From assembly GCA_964371055.1 (NCBI GenBank), contig CAYJLF010000025.1, positions 10,029 through 74,028 of the forward strand: a DNA stretch of 64,000 nucleotides. Reading direction: 5' to 3'. The DNA is from an uncultured bacterium (GTDB lineage Bacteria; Eisenbacteria; RBG-16-71-46; CAIMUX01). The position numbers and the translations under genes were made by a program. Positions 19,640-28,693 of this stretch are shown in pieces. Within the stretch, counting starts at the first letter, position 1. The number at the start of each line of letters is the position of its first letter. Below the pieces are notes generated by a model, which was not told the origin of the DNA, did not search any database, and saw only the letters and a list, made by a program, of their open reading frames with translations.

Positions 19640-20413
19640 ATGGCAGTCAGTTCCGCCCTGACCCGGGCCGCATCCGCGGCGAAGATCCAGCCGATGCCTT
19701 TGACCGAGAACCGGAACGAGGCGCTCAAGCAGTACTTCCCGCTGGTCAAGTACGTGGTCGACAAGATCGCGACGGGCCTGCCGAAGTCGATCGAACGCGA
19801 GGACCTGATCAACACGGCGCTCATCGGACTCCACGATGCGCTCGAGAAGTACGATCCGGATCGCGGCACCAAGTTCGAGACCTACGCCATCTGGCGGATC
19901 AAGGGCGCGGTCCTCGACGAACTGCGCTCGATGGACTGGGCCAGCCGCACCACCCGGCGCAAGGCGCGGGAAATCGAACGGGTCTGCCAGGTCCTCGATC
20001 AGAGGCTGGGGCGGGCCGCGACCGAGCAGGAGATGGCCGATGCGATGGGGCTGTCGCTGCACGAGTTCGTTCGGGTGCTCGAAGAGGTGCGAGGGACGGT
20101 GATCCTGTCGCTCGACCAGTCGCTGCAGGTCGATGACGAACATGACCTGGCCGGGCTGGCCGACCTGATCGAGGACACGGCCCTGGAGGACACGCTGCAG
20201 CTGATCGAGCGGGAGGAGTCGCGTCATCAGCTCCTCGGGCTGGTGAATGCGTTGACGGAACAGGAGCGGCTGGTCGTGGCGCTCTACTACTACGAAGAGA
20301 TGACCCTGAAGGAGATCGGGGAAGCGCTGCGCATCTCCGAGTCGCGCGTCTCGCAGATCCACACCAAGGCGATCCTGCGGCTGAAGGGACGCCTGGGCCG
20401 GAACTGCCTGTAA
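19640..20413 (+). CDS. fliA: Flagellar sigma factor FliA (sigma-28 / SigD family)
   Basis: Sigma-70 regions 2 and 4 are present (YFPLVKYVVDKIATGLPKSIEREDLINTALIGLHDALEKYDP ... LTEQERLVVALYYYEEMTLKEIGEALRISESRVSQIHTKAILRLK), with the size and position typical of fliA. Confidence 0.9.
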   Translation: MAVSSALTRAASAAKIQPMPLTENRNEALKQYFPLVKYVVDKIATGLPKSIEREDLINTALIGLHDALEKYDPDRGTKFETYAIWRIKGAVLDELRSMDWASRTTRRKAREIERVCQVLDQRLGRAATEQEMADAMGLSLHEFVRVLEEVRGTVILSLDQSLQVDDEHDLAGLADLIEDTALEDTLQLIEREESRHQLLGLVNALTEQERLVVALYYYEEMTLKEIGEALRISESRVSQIHTKAILRLKGRLGRNCL

Positions 20414-20418
20414 CGCAG

Positions 20419-20432
20419 CTCCCGATCGGGAG
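20419..20432 (+). terminator. Short palindromic hairpin (CTCCCGATCGGGAG) six nt after the fliA stop
   Basis: A perfect 14-nt palindrome seen directly in the sequence. No U-tract follows it. Confidence 0.2.
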
Positions 20433-20440
20433 GCGGAATC

Positions 20441-20749
20441 GTGGCCGAGATCCAGGGGGTGAAACAAGTGCTGGCGCAGGCGCAGGTGGAGCGCCTGCAG
20501 GAAGGGGCCCGGCGCGCGGGCGATCAGCAGCAGCAGGGCTTCGCCGTCACGCTCCATCGTCAGGTCGATGCCCGTGAGCATCGAGTCAACGAGGGCGAGG
20601 CCGCGCGGGACGAGACGATCGATCCGAATGCCCAGAAGGGGCGGGAGGATGAAGAGGGCGAGGACCGGCGCAAGGAATCGCCGGCCGACCGGAAGGACCT
20701 TCCTCCGGAGGAAGAGGAGCGGGGTCGTCACGTCGACGCGAGAGCGTAG
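20441..20749 (+). CDS. Small, highly charged hypothetical protein of 102 aa after fliA
   Basis: A GTG-start ORF with high GC3. It is Glu/Arg/Asp-rich. There is no recognisable FlgM signature. Confidence 0.25.
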   Translation: MAEIQGVKQVLAQAQVERLQEGARRAGDQQQQGFAVTLHRQVDAREHRVNEGEAARDETIDPNAQKGREDEEGEDRRKESPADRKDLPPEEEERGRHVDARA

Positions 20750-20779
20750 GCGGGACCCGCGAACGAAGGGACTTCGATC

Positions 20780-21895
20780 ATGCGCATGAAACGAGCACTC
20801 CCCTGGATGGCCGGCCTCGCGGCCGCCGCCCTCTGCGCCGGTCTGGCGCTGACCTCGATCGACGGCGTGATCGGGGATCGAGCGGCGCTGGGCGCGAAGG
20901 AAGCGCCCGCACCGCCGACCGTGATGCGGCCCGACCCCATCGCGACGCCGGGGGCGGACGCGTCGACGCCGGTCACGGCGGGCGCCCTGGTGCCGGAAGA
21001 TTTCGATCCCGCGTGGCCGACCGGCCAGGATCGCCTGATCGAGCAGATCGAGACGGCCCGGCAGGGGCTGGCCGCGGCGCAGGCCGCGGGAGTGCCGCCC
21101 GTCCCCGCGGCGCGCGCGGGACTGACCTGGACGCCGGTGACCCTGCTCGGGGGAGGCTTCGCCTTGATCGGCTGCGCCGTGGGAATCGCCCTCGCGGCCG
21201 GACGCCGAGGGCGGCGCCGGGCGACGGCTCCCGCCTCCGCGACCGTGGCCGCGCCCCGGGCGCCGGCCCGAAGGCCGGAGCCGGTCGCCTCGCGCCCGGT
21301 GGTCGCGACCCCCGGCCCCGATGCCCTCGAAGCCCGGCTCTGCGGTCTCGAGCGCTCGATGCTCCAGTTGGCCCAAGCGATGGAAGACGTGGCCGCGCGC
21401 ACCGACTCGGTGGCCCGGGCGCAGCAGGCCCTGGAAGTGCGGGAAGCGCACGCCGGGGAGAGCACGCGGGGGAGCGTGGCGCTGGCTCGTGATCCGCTGC
21501 AGGATCTGCGCCTCGAATCGCATGCGGTGGCGCCGGAGATCGCGCCGCCCGGCGGCCGGCGGTTGCCGGGGTTCGCCCGCGCGGTGGCGCGCGCGCAGGG
21601 CCCCGCGTCGCGTGAGCCATGGGAACTGGGGAGCGTTGCGCCGGAACCGATGGCCGTCCCCGTGGCGACGCGGGCCCCACAGGCCGCCGCCGCGCGTCCG
21701 ACCTCGCTGGCCGCGACGATCGACGGGCGCGACCTGGCCCGGATTCGGCACGCCGTCCTGCGCCTCGGCGCCGAGGGGTGGGACAGTGCGAGGATCGCGC
21801 GGCAACTGCGCATCGGCGAGGGGGCCGTCGAGCTGATCCTGAAGTCGGCGAGCCCGTCGCCGGACGAGCTGGCCTCGATCGGGGCGAGGCGCTGA
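20780..21895 (+). CDS. Hypothetical membrane protein with a signal peptide, one internal transmembrane segment and a C-terminal HTH-like segment
   Basis: The N-terminal signal is MRMKRALPWMAGLAAAALCAGLALT and the transmembrane segment is LTWTPVTLLGGGFALIGCAVGIALAAG. The C-terminal motif DSARIARQLRIGEGAVELILKS resembles sigma region-4/LuxR-type HTH. The gene immediately follows the fliA region. Confidence 0.5.
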   Translation: MRMKRALPWMAGLAAAALCAGLALTSIDGVIGDRAALGAKEAPAPPTVMRPDPIATPGADASTPVTAGALVPEDFDPAWPTGQDRLIEQIETARQGLAAAQAAGVPPVPAARAGLTWTPVTLLGGGFALIGCAVGIALAAGRRGRRRATAPASATVAAPRAPARRPEPVASRPVVATPGPDALEARLCGLERSMLQLAQAMEDVAARTDSVARAQQALEVREAHAGESTRGSVALARDPLQDLRLESHAVAPEIAPPGGRRLPGFARAVARAQGPASREPWELGSVAPEPMAVPVATRAPQAAAARPTSLAATIDGRDLARIRHAVLRLGAEGWDSARIARQLRIGEGAVELILKSASPSPDELASIGARR

Positions 21896-22797
21896 TGCGA
21901 ATCCCCGGAAGAGCCCCGTCGCCGCATCCGCCGGACGAGGCGGGAGCGGATCGATCGGGCGCGCGTCGGGAAGTGGGGGAGCGCGATGCCCTCCTCGCCG
22001 CGCTGGATGAGATGCCGCCGATGGGACCCGTGGCGATGCGCGTGCTCGAGCTGACGAACGATCCCCGCTCCAGCGCCGCCGATTTCGCGCGGGTGATCTC
22101 GCGGGACCAGGGGCTGGCGGCGCGAGTGCTGCGCACCTGCAACTCGTCCTTCTACGCCCGGGCGAGCGAGGTCCAGAGCCTCTCGCAGGCGGTGGTCGTG
22201 CTGGGGCAGCGGGCGGTGCGGAACCTGGTGTTCTTCCACTCGCTGCCGGTCGGGCGCACGACCGGGGGCAAGCTGCGCGAGGTGGAGCACGGGCTCTGGA
22301 TGCACTCGATCTCGACGGCGATCGCCAGCCGTCTCGTGGCCCAGCAGTGCGCCGGCGTCGATGTCGAGCTCGCGTTCCTCGCCGGTCTCTTCCACGACCT
22401 CGGGCGGATGCTTCTCCTGCAAGCCCGCTCGGCCACGTACGAGGACCTGGCGCGGGGCTGCCCGGGGGGACGACCCGACCTGGAGCTGGAGCGGACGCAC
22501 CTCGGCCTGACCCACACCGAGGCCGGTGAGGCGGCGGCGCGCCGCTGGCGTCTGGGAGAGGACCTGGCATTGGTCGCTCTCCAGCACCACCAGCCGCCTC
22601 AGACCGTGCCGCCCCTGGTCGCGGTGGTGATCGTCGCCGATCACCTCGATGCCGCCGGGGACGACGCGCCGATGTCGCCGGTCGCGAGTGCGGCGGCGGA
22701 GCTGCTCGGCCTGGGCGACGAGAGGCTCGTGGAGGTGTGTGCGCGGTTGCGCCACGCCCTGCAGCAGGAGGAGCAGTTCTTTCGCCTCGCCGCCTGA
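21895..22797 (+). CDS. HDOD domain protein (a predicted signalling domain that may be c-di-GMP-related)
   Basis: HDOD motifs are present (PPMGPVAMRVLELTNDPRSSAADFARVISRDQGLAARVLRTCNSSFYA ... LFHDLGRMLLL). The start overlaps the upstream stop (TGATG). Confidence 0.8.
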   Translation: MRIPGRAPSPHPPDEAGADRSGARREVGERDALLAALDEMPPMGPVAMRVLELTNDPRSSAADFARVISRDQGLAARVLRTCNSSFYARASEVQSLSQAVVVLGQRAVRNLVFFHSLPVGRTTGGKLREVEHGLWMHSISTAIASRLVAQQCAGVDVELAFLAGLFHDLGRMLLLQARSATYEDLARGCPGGRPDLELERTHLGLTHTEAGEAAARRWRLGEDLALVALQHHQPPQTVPPLVAVVIVADHLDAAGDDAPMSPVASAAAELLGLGDERLVEVCARLRHALQQEEQFFRLAA

Positions 22798-22909
22798 ATG
22801 GGTGGGGTGTCCGCGAGATCTGAAGGAGACCCGGCTCCGGCCGGGGAGACGAGGGGCCAGATCGATCCGGGTCGTCAGGGAAGACCCGGCGGGGAAAGGG
22901 AGTTCCGCG

Positions 22910-24148
22910 ATGCGCCGTAGAAACGGAAACGGATCCCAGCAGCTTCAGGACGTCACCGACAAGTTCCGCCGGGGGGAGCTCAAGCTGATTCGCGTGCTCG
23001 AGGAGGAGGGGCTCATCACCGAGAAGGAACGGTCGAGCATCGCCGAGAAGGTCGACCGCGCCGTCGCGCAGAAGCGGTCGTCCGAGGTCCTGGCGACCGC
23101 GCACACGATCCACAACCGCCTGATCAAGGCGCTGCAGGTCTCGAAGAACGGGACGGAGAAGCGCCAGCCCGTGGAACTCGACGTGTTGACCGAGCTCTCG
23201 CGCCTGATCCAGGCCAGCACCGAGCGGGAACGGGTGCTCGACCAGATCCTCGATCTCATCGCCCAGGGGATTCCGTACGAGAATGGCACCCTTTTCGTCT
23301 TCAACCGCGAGACCGAGCAACTCGTCCCGACGGCGGTGCGGGGGCAGCACGTCGACCTCATCCGCGGCGTGCACTTCGACCTCGGTTTCGGCTTCTCTTC
23401 CTGGGTGGCGAAGCAGAAGAAACCGATCCTGCTCAATGATCTCCACTCCGGCGGGCGCGAGCAGCGCCCCGATATCGGATCGTTCCTGTCGGTGCCGATG
23501 GTCGTGCAGGGAGAACTGATCGGGGTCCTCAACCTGTCGCATCCCGCCAACAATGCGTTCACCGAGGAACACCTGCGCCTCCTCACCCTGATCGCGGCCC
23601 AGGCGGCGGCGATCCTGCAGCGGGTTCTGATGTACGAGGAGATGGCGCGGCTCGCGATCACGGACGAGCTGACCGGGCTCTACAACCGGCGCCACCTGCT
23701 GGAGCGGCTGGCCGACGAGGTGCGCCGCGGGCAGCGCTACGGCTGCGGCTTCTCGATCCTGTTCATCGACATCGATCACTTCAAGGCGATCAACGACGGC
23801 TACGGCCACGCCCTCGGCGACCGGATCCTGGCCGAGATGGGCCGCGTGCTGCGCCGCTGGGCCCGTTCGTCCGACCTGATCGGCCGCTACGGCGGAGAGG
23901 AGTTCGTCGCTCTCCTGCCGATGACCGATGCGACCGCGGCCGAACGAGCGGCCGATCGTCTGCGTACCGCAGTAGGAGAGCATTCCTTCGCCCGGCGCAA
24001 GCGCTTGACCGTCTCTCTCGGGATCGCCTCGTATCCGGCGGACGGACAGAGTCCCGAGGATCTGCTGAAGCGGGCCGACGCCGCTCTCTACCAGGCGAAG
24101 AAGCAGGGGCGCAACCGGACGGTCGTGAGCGGAGCGGCGGCGGAGTGA
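22910..24148 (+). CDS. GAF-GGDEF diguanylate cyclase
   Basis: A GAF domain (LDQILDLIAQGIPYENGTLFVFNRETEQLVPTAVRG ... SFLSVPMVVQGELIGVLNLSH) is followed by a GGDEF domain with an intact active site (RYGGEEFVALLP). An RBS (GGGAAAGGGAG) precedes the start. Confidence 0.85.
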   Translation: MRRRNGNGSQQLQDVTDKFRRGELKLIRVLEEEGLITEKERSSIAEKVDRAVAQKRSSEVLATAHTIHNRLIKALQVSKNGTEKRQPVELDVLTELSRLIQASTERERVLDQILDLIAQGIPYENGTLFVFNRETEQLVPTAVRGQHVDLIRGVHFDLGFGFSSWVAKQKKPILLNDLHSGGREQRPDIGSFLSVPMVVQGELIGVLNLSHPANNAFTEEHLRLLTLIAAQAAAILQRVLMYEEMARLAITDELTGLYNRRHLLERLADEVRRGQRYGCGFSILFIDIDHFKAINDGYGHALGDRILAEMGRVLRRWARSSDLIGRYGGEEFVALLPMTDATAAERAADRLRTAVGEHSFARRKRLTVSLGIASYPADGQSPEDLLKRADAALYQAKKQGRNRTVVSGAAAE

Positions 24149-24182
24149 GCGCGGATCGGCCGCGCGGAAGGGTGGAGCAACC

Positions 24183-25907
24183 ATGACCGAAGGAGACCAC
24201 GGACCGGCGACTCGGCCGTCGGTGCTGCTCGCGGACGACGAACAGGATCTTCTCCTCATCCTGGAGGAGGTCCTGAAGGACGGACACGACCTGACGCTCG
24301 TGTCGAACGGACTGGAGGCGATCGAGCGACTGGGGACGGGGCGGTTCGACCTCGTAGTCACCGACATCAACATGCCCGGGGCCGACGGCCTGGCGGTCCT
24401 CAAGGCCGCGAAGGAGGCGGACCCCGAGTCCGAGGTGATCGTGTTGACCGGCAACGCCACCACGGCGACCGCCATCGAGGCGCTGCGGCAGGGGGCGCAC
24501 GATTACCTCCTCAAGCCGTTCGACCTCTTCGAGATGGAACAGGCGATCGAACAGGCGCTGGAACGGCGGCGTCTGCGCGAGGAAAACCGTCGCTTCACGG
24601 TCTCGCTGCAGGAGGCGAACCGGGATCTCACCGCCAGCCAGGAGGCCCTTCGCCGTCACCGCGACGAGCTGAGCGCACGCGTGGACGAAGCGACGCGCCG
24701 GATCCGCACGCTCTATGAAGTCGGGCAGGAGATCACCTCCGCGCTCAACCTGGAACGGACGCTCGCCCTCGTCCTCGACCGCAGCCTCGAACTGACCGGC
24801 GCACGGGACGGAGCCCTGCTCCTCCCGGGCGACGAGGGTTCGTATGGCTGTCGCGTCGCGCGCGGCGCCTCCGAGGAGGAAGCCCAGTGCGCGGCCCGGG
24901 CCCTGCTCGCCGATCCGCTGCACGAGACGGTTCGGGCGACCGGGCGCACCGGCGAAGGGGCGATCCGGTTTCCGGACGGCTCGGACCGGACGGCCCTCAT
25001 CGTGCCGTTTCTGCGGGAAGGCGAAGTCCGCGGAACGGTGGCGGTCTTCCGCGCCGACGAGACCCCGTTCTCCGACGGCGATCGCGAGCTTCTCAGCGGG
25101 CTGGCCGCGCAGGGATCGATCGCGATCCACAACGCTCAGGTTTACGATCAGATCCGTCAGCTCGAGCGGATGAAGTCGGACTTCGTGGCCGTCGTTTCCC
25201 ACGAGCTCCGTACGCCGCTGACCGCGATCAAAGGGACGCTCGAGATCCTCGCCGACGCGCGGTACTTCCCCCTCCCACCCCAGGGCGGCGAGCTCCTGGA
25301 CATCTGCCGCGTCAACTCCGACCGGCTGGAAGCTCTGGTCAACGACATTCTCGATCTCTCCAAGCTGGAGTCCTCGCGCCTGTCGAGCCACTTCGTCCGT
25401 TCCTCGATTCCCTCCCTCGCGCGCAATGTCTTCGTGCAGCTCGGCCGCCTGGCGGAGGACAAGAAGATCTCGCTCATCGTGGCCGAGAAGGACGGAGTGC
25501 CGCTCATCGAGGCGGACGAGATGCGCATCGTGCAGGTGTTGAACAATCTGATTTCCAACGCGATCAAGTTCTCGCCCGAGGGGACCACCATCAGAGTCGA
25601 GGTGGCGCCGGCGGACGGCGGGGTGGTCGTGGGCGTGCGCGACCAGGGGGTCGGGATCGCGGCGGAGGATCTCCCCAAACTCTTCACCCGCTTCCGGCAG
25701 CTCGATTCGTCCAGCACCCGCCGGGCGGGCGGCACCGGACTCGGGCTTGTGATCTCCAAGGGGATCATCGAAGAGCACGGGGGGCGGATCTGGGCCGAGT
25801 CGATGCCGGAAGAGGGGAGCGTCTTCTCCTTCTGGCTGCCGGGGTCGAACGAGAGGGCGCCGGCTTCGGCGGTGGAGGCGGAAGGATCCGCGATCTCGGG
25901 CCCCTGA
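24183..25907 (+). CDS. Hybrid sensor: N-terminal receiver, GAF-like region, HisKA and HATPase histidine kinase
   Basis: The REC domain carries the canonical Asp (FDLVVTDINMPGADG) and Lys (DYLLKPF). The H-box is VVSHELRTPLTAIKG and the ATPase G-boxes are GTGLGLVISKGIIEEHGGRIW. Confidence 0.85.
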   Translation: MTEGDHGPATRPSVLLADDEQDLLLILEEVLKDGHDLTLVSNGLEAIERLGTGRFDLVVTDINMPGADGLAVLKAAKEADPESEVIVLTGNATTATAIEALRQGAHDYLLKPFDLFEMEQAIEQALERRRLREENRRFTVSLQEANRDLTASQEALRRHRDELSARVDEATRRIRTLYEVGQEITSALNLERTLALVLDRSLELTGARDGALLLPGDEGSYGCRVARGASEEEAQCAARALLADPLHETVRATGRTGEGAIRFPDGSDRTALIVPFLREGEVRGTVAVFRADETPFSDGDRELLSGLAAQGSIAIHNAQVYDQIRQLERMKSDFVAVVSHELRTPLTAIKGTLEILADARYFPLPPQGGELLDICRVNSDRLEALVNDILDLSKLESSRLSSHFVRSSIPSLARNVFVQLGRLAEDKKISLIVAEKDGVPLIEADEMRIVQVLNNLISNAIKFSPEGTTIRVEVAPADGGVVVGVRDQGVGIAAEDLPKLFTRFRQLDSSSTRRAGGTGLGLVISKGIIEEHGGRIWAESMPEEGSVFSFWLPGSNERAPASAVEAEGSAISGP

Positions 25908-26075
25908 CCGGCTCGCGCCGCCGATTCCCGGCTTTCCGGTTGCGCCGGCGGTCGGGCTTTCCTAGTCTTCGTTTCATCCGATCCGGCGCGCCATGCCGGT
26001 GCAGGTCGGCCCCGGGGGCGGGAGTGCCCCCGAGGGGACCGCTGCAGGAGACGCAAGACTGGAGGCCGGTAAGGA

Positions 26076-27599
26076 ATGTCGGAGACGCAGTCCGCGCGGT
26101 CGCCGCAGGGAGAGCGCGGCCGTTCCTCGATCCGGTCTGCCACTTCCGCGCTGCGTGTCGTGCGCCGCGTTCCGCGCCGCCACCAGGCGCTCCTCGTCCT
26201 GGCCGACGCGGGGCTGGCCGAACTCTTCTTCCTCGCGGCGGTGGTGATCGAACGATCGTTCGGCATTTCCGGCAGCTTCAGCGCGCCGGGAAACGGTCCC
26301 CTGCCGCTCGTGCTTGCCATCCTCTTCCCGCTGATCGTGGCCAGCCGGGGGCTTTACCGGCTGGGTCGATTCCCCTCCTGGCGCGGGCAGGCCGCGGCCG
26401 GACTGCGCGCGGTCGCCTGGTCGATCGGGATCAGCGTCAGCGCGCTCTTCCTCTTCGCGCGCGAGATTCCCTACGGCGCCCGGCTGATCCTCGTCAGCTA
26501 CCACCTGATGCTGGCCGCCTGGATGCTGGCGCTCCGTCCGTTGCTGGCGGTCTGGCTGCGACGTCGCTTCGAGGCGCGCCTGGTCTCGCCGGAGCGGGTC
26601 CTGCTCGTCGGGGCCGATCGCGCGGCGGTCGAGATCTCGCGCCGGCTGCGCGGCCGGGGGCGCGGAGTCGAGGTGGTCGGATTCGCCGACTTCGAGGGAC
26701 CGACCGCCGGACCGGTCGCCCCTTTCTATCACACCAGTCTCGATGCGCTCCCGGACCTGGCCGGCGAACTGGGGGCCGATCTGGTCCTTCTGGCGCGCCC
26801 GGATCTGCCGCGGGAGGATGTCGTCCGGGTCAGCGACCGCCTGGTGGCCGCGGGCATCCAGGTCCGGGTCGCGAGCAATGCGGTCAACCGCCTGATCGAC
26901 GGCCTGCCGATGGAGCCGTACGGCGGCGTCTCGCTCGTGCCGGTCGGCCAGACTCCGCTCAACGGACGCCGCGAGCGGATCAAGCGCGCGTTCGACTTCG
27001 TCGCGGTCTGCGCCGGCGGGCTTGTCGTGCTGCCGCTCCTGCTCCTCCTGGCGTTTCTCGTCGCAGTCAGCTCCCGCGGACCCATCCTCTATCGCCAGGT
27101 CCGCATCGGCAAGGGCGGGCGCCCGTTCATCTTCTACAAGTTCCGGTCGATGAGGGTGGCGAACGACGATGAGGAGCATCGCCGCTACGTGCGCGAACTG
27201 GTGGTCAACGGCGACGCCGCCGCGACCGACGAGTCGGGCCGCAAGATCTACAAGCTGGTGGACGACTCGCGGGTCACGTGGATCGGGCGGTTCCTGCGCC
27301 GCACCAGCCTGGACGAGCTGCCGCAGCTCATCAATGTGCTGCGCGGGGAGATGAGCCTGGTCGGTCCGCGTCCCGGTCTTCCGTTCGAGTACGAGCTCTA
27401 TCGCGACTGGCAGAAGCGCCGCCTCGAGGTGACGCCGGGGATGACGGGGTTGTGGCAGGTGACGGGACGCAGCTACGTCACCTTCGAGGACATGGTCCTC
27501 CTCGATCTCTTCTACATCGCCAACTGGTCTCTGCTGATGGACCTGAAGCTGCTCCTGAAGACGGTGCCGGTGGTCGTGTTCGGCAAGGGCGGGCTCTGA
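26076..27599 (+). CDS. Exopolysaccharide/O-antigen initiating sugar phosphotransferase (WbaP/EpsL family, polyprenyl-phosphate glycosyl-1-phosphate transferase)
   Basis: N-terminal transmembrane helices and a CoA-binding-like middle region are present. The C-terminal bacterial sugar transferase motifs are [14 protein letters not shown] ... [40 protein letters not shown]. Confidence 0.85.
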   Translation: MSETQSARSPQGERGRSSIRSATSALRVVRRVPRRHQALLVLADAGLAELFFLAAVVIERSFGISGSFSAPGNGPLPLVLAILFPLIVASRGLYRLGRFPSWRGQAAAGLRAVAWSIGISVSALFLFAREIPYGARLILVSYHLMLAAWMLALRPLLAVWLRRRFEARLVSPERVLLVGADRAAVEISRRLRGRGRGVEVVGFADFEGPTAGPVAPFYHTSLDALPDLAGELGADLVLLARPDLPREDVVRVSDRLVAAGIQVRVASNAVNRLIDGLPMEPYGGVSLVPVGQTPLNGRRERIKRAFDFVAVCAGGLVVLPLLLLLAFLVAVSSRGPILYRQVRIGKGGRPFIFYKFRSMRVANDDEEHRRYVRELVVNGDAAATDESGRKIYKLVDDSRVTWIGRFLRRTSLDELPQLINVLRGEMSLVGPRPGLPFEYELYRDWQKRRLEVTPGMTGLWQVTGRSYVTFEDMVLLDLFYIANWSLLMDLKLLLKTVPVVVFGKGGL

Positions 27600-27669
27600 C
27601 CGGGATCCCGGGGGCCGGGCGGGATGTCCGGCGCGGGATGCGGTGAGCCGGTGAGGGGAGGGGTGCGGC

Positions 27670-28692
27670 ATGCATGTCGGGGTGGTGGGGTGCGGCTACT
27701 GGGGTCCCAATCTCGTCCGTAATCTGAGCGAGAACCGGCTCTGCACCAAGCTATCGCTCTGCGACCTGGACGCGCGCAAGCTCGACCGCCTGGCGCTCCG
27801 CTACCCCTCGGCTGCCGCTTTCACCAGCTTTGACGCGATGCTGGCGCAGACCGACCTCAAGGCCGTCATGATCGCGACGCCCCTGTCGCATCACTATCCG
27901 TTGGCCCGCCAGGCCCTCGCGCGCGGCCTGCACGTCTTCGTCGAGAAGCCGTTCGCCGGTTCGTCCGAACAGGGCGAAGAACTGATCGAACTGGCGGAGC
28001 ACAACCGGTTGGTGCTCGCGGTGGGGCACACCTTCCTCTTCAGCCCCGCGGTGGTGAAGATCCGCGAGATACTCGACGGCGAGGAACTCGGCAAGATCTA
28101 CTACATCAGCTCCACGCGCGTGAACCTGGGCCTGCACCAGAAGGACATCAGCGTGATCTGGGACCTCGCCCCGCATGATCTCTCGATGATCATGTACTGG
28201 CTGGGGGAGGTGCCGGTCGAGGTGCTGGCGACGGGGAAGGACTTCGTTCAGCCCGGGATCCCCGACGTGGCGTTCGTCTTCCTCCGCTTCGCCAGCGGCG
28301 CCATCGCGCACGTGCAGGTCTCCTGGCTGGCCCCCTCGAAGCTGCGCCGCACGACCATCGTCGGATCGGCCAAGATGCTGGTCTACGACGACACGGCGAA
28401 CCTGGAGCAGGTGAAGATCTTCGACAAGGGGGTCCACTACCGCGATCCCGACACCTTCGGCGAGTACCAGTTGAGCTACCGCACCGGGGACATCGTCTCG
28501 CCCCGGCTCGAGACCTACGAGCCGCTCCAGGCCGAAGTGAACGACTTCCTCTGTGCGATCAAGGAGGGACGCCGCCCCCGGACCGACGGCTTCGACGGCC
28601 TCTGCGTCGTGCGCGTGCTGGAGGCCGCCGAGCGCTCCCTCAGCAACTCCGGACACGCGGAGGCGATCCGCGGCGTCGAGTCGCGGACGTGA
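27670..28692 (+). CDS. Gfo/Idh/MocA-family NAD(P)-dependent oxidoreductase (sugar dehydrogenase-like)
   Basis: The N-terminal Rossmann fold (MHVGVVGCGYWGPNLVRNL) and the EKP motif (HVFVEKPFA) are characteristic of Gfo/Idh/MocA. Confidence 0.85.
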   Translation: MHVGVVGCGYWGPNLVRNLSENRLCTKLSLCDLDARKLDRLALRYPSAAAFTSFDAMLAQTDLKAVMIATPLSHHYPLARQALARGLHVFVEKPFAGSSEQGEELIELAEHNRLVLAVGHTFLFSPAVVKIREILDGEELGKIYYISSTRVNLGLHQKDISVIWDLAPHDLSMIMYWLGEVPVEVLATGKDFVQPGIPDVAFVFLRFASGAIAHVQVSWLAPSKLRRTTIVGSAKMLVYDDTANLEQVKIFDKGVHYRDPDTFGEYQLSYRTGDIVSPRLETYEPLQAEVNDFLCAIKEGRRPRTDGFDGLCVVRVLEAAERSLSNSGHAEAIRGVESRT

Positions 28693-28693
28693 C

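Noticed and set aside
20441-20749. Possible FlgM anti-sigma-28 after fliA
   Set aside because: The size is right, but the sequence is highly charged. It lacks the conserved C-terminal sigma-28-binding helices of FlgM. It is kept only as a low-confidence hypothetical ORF.
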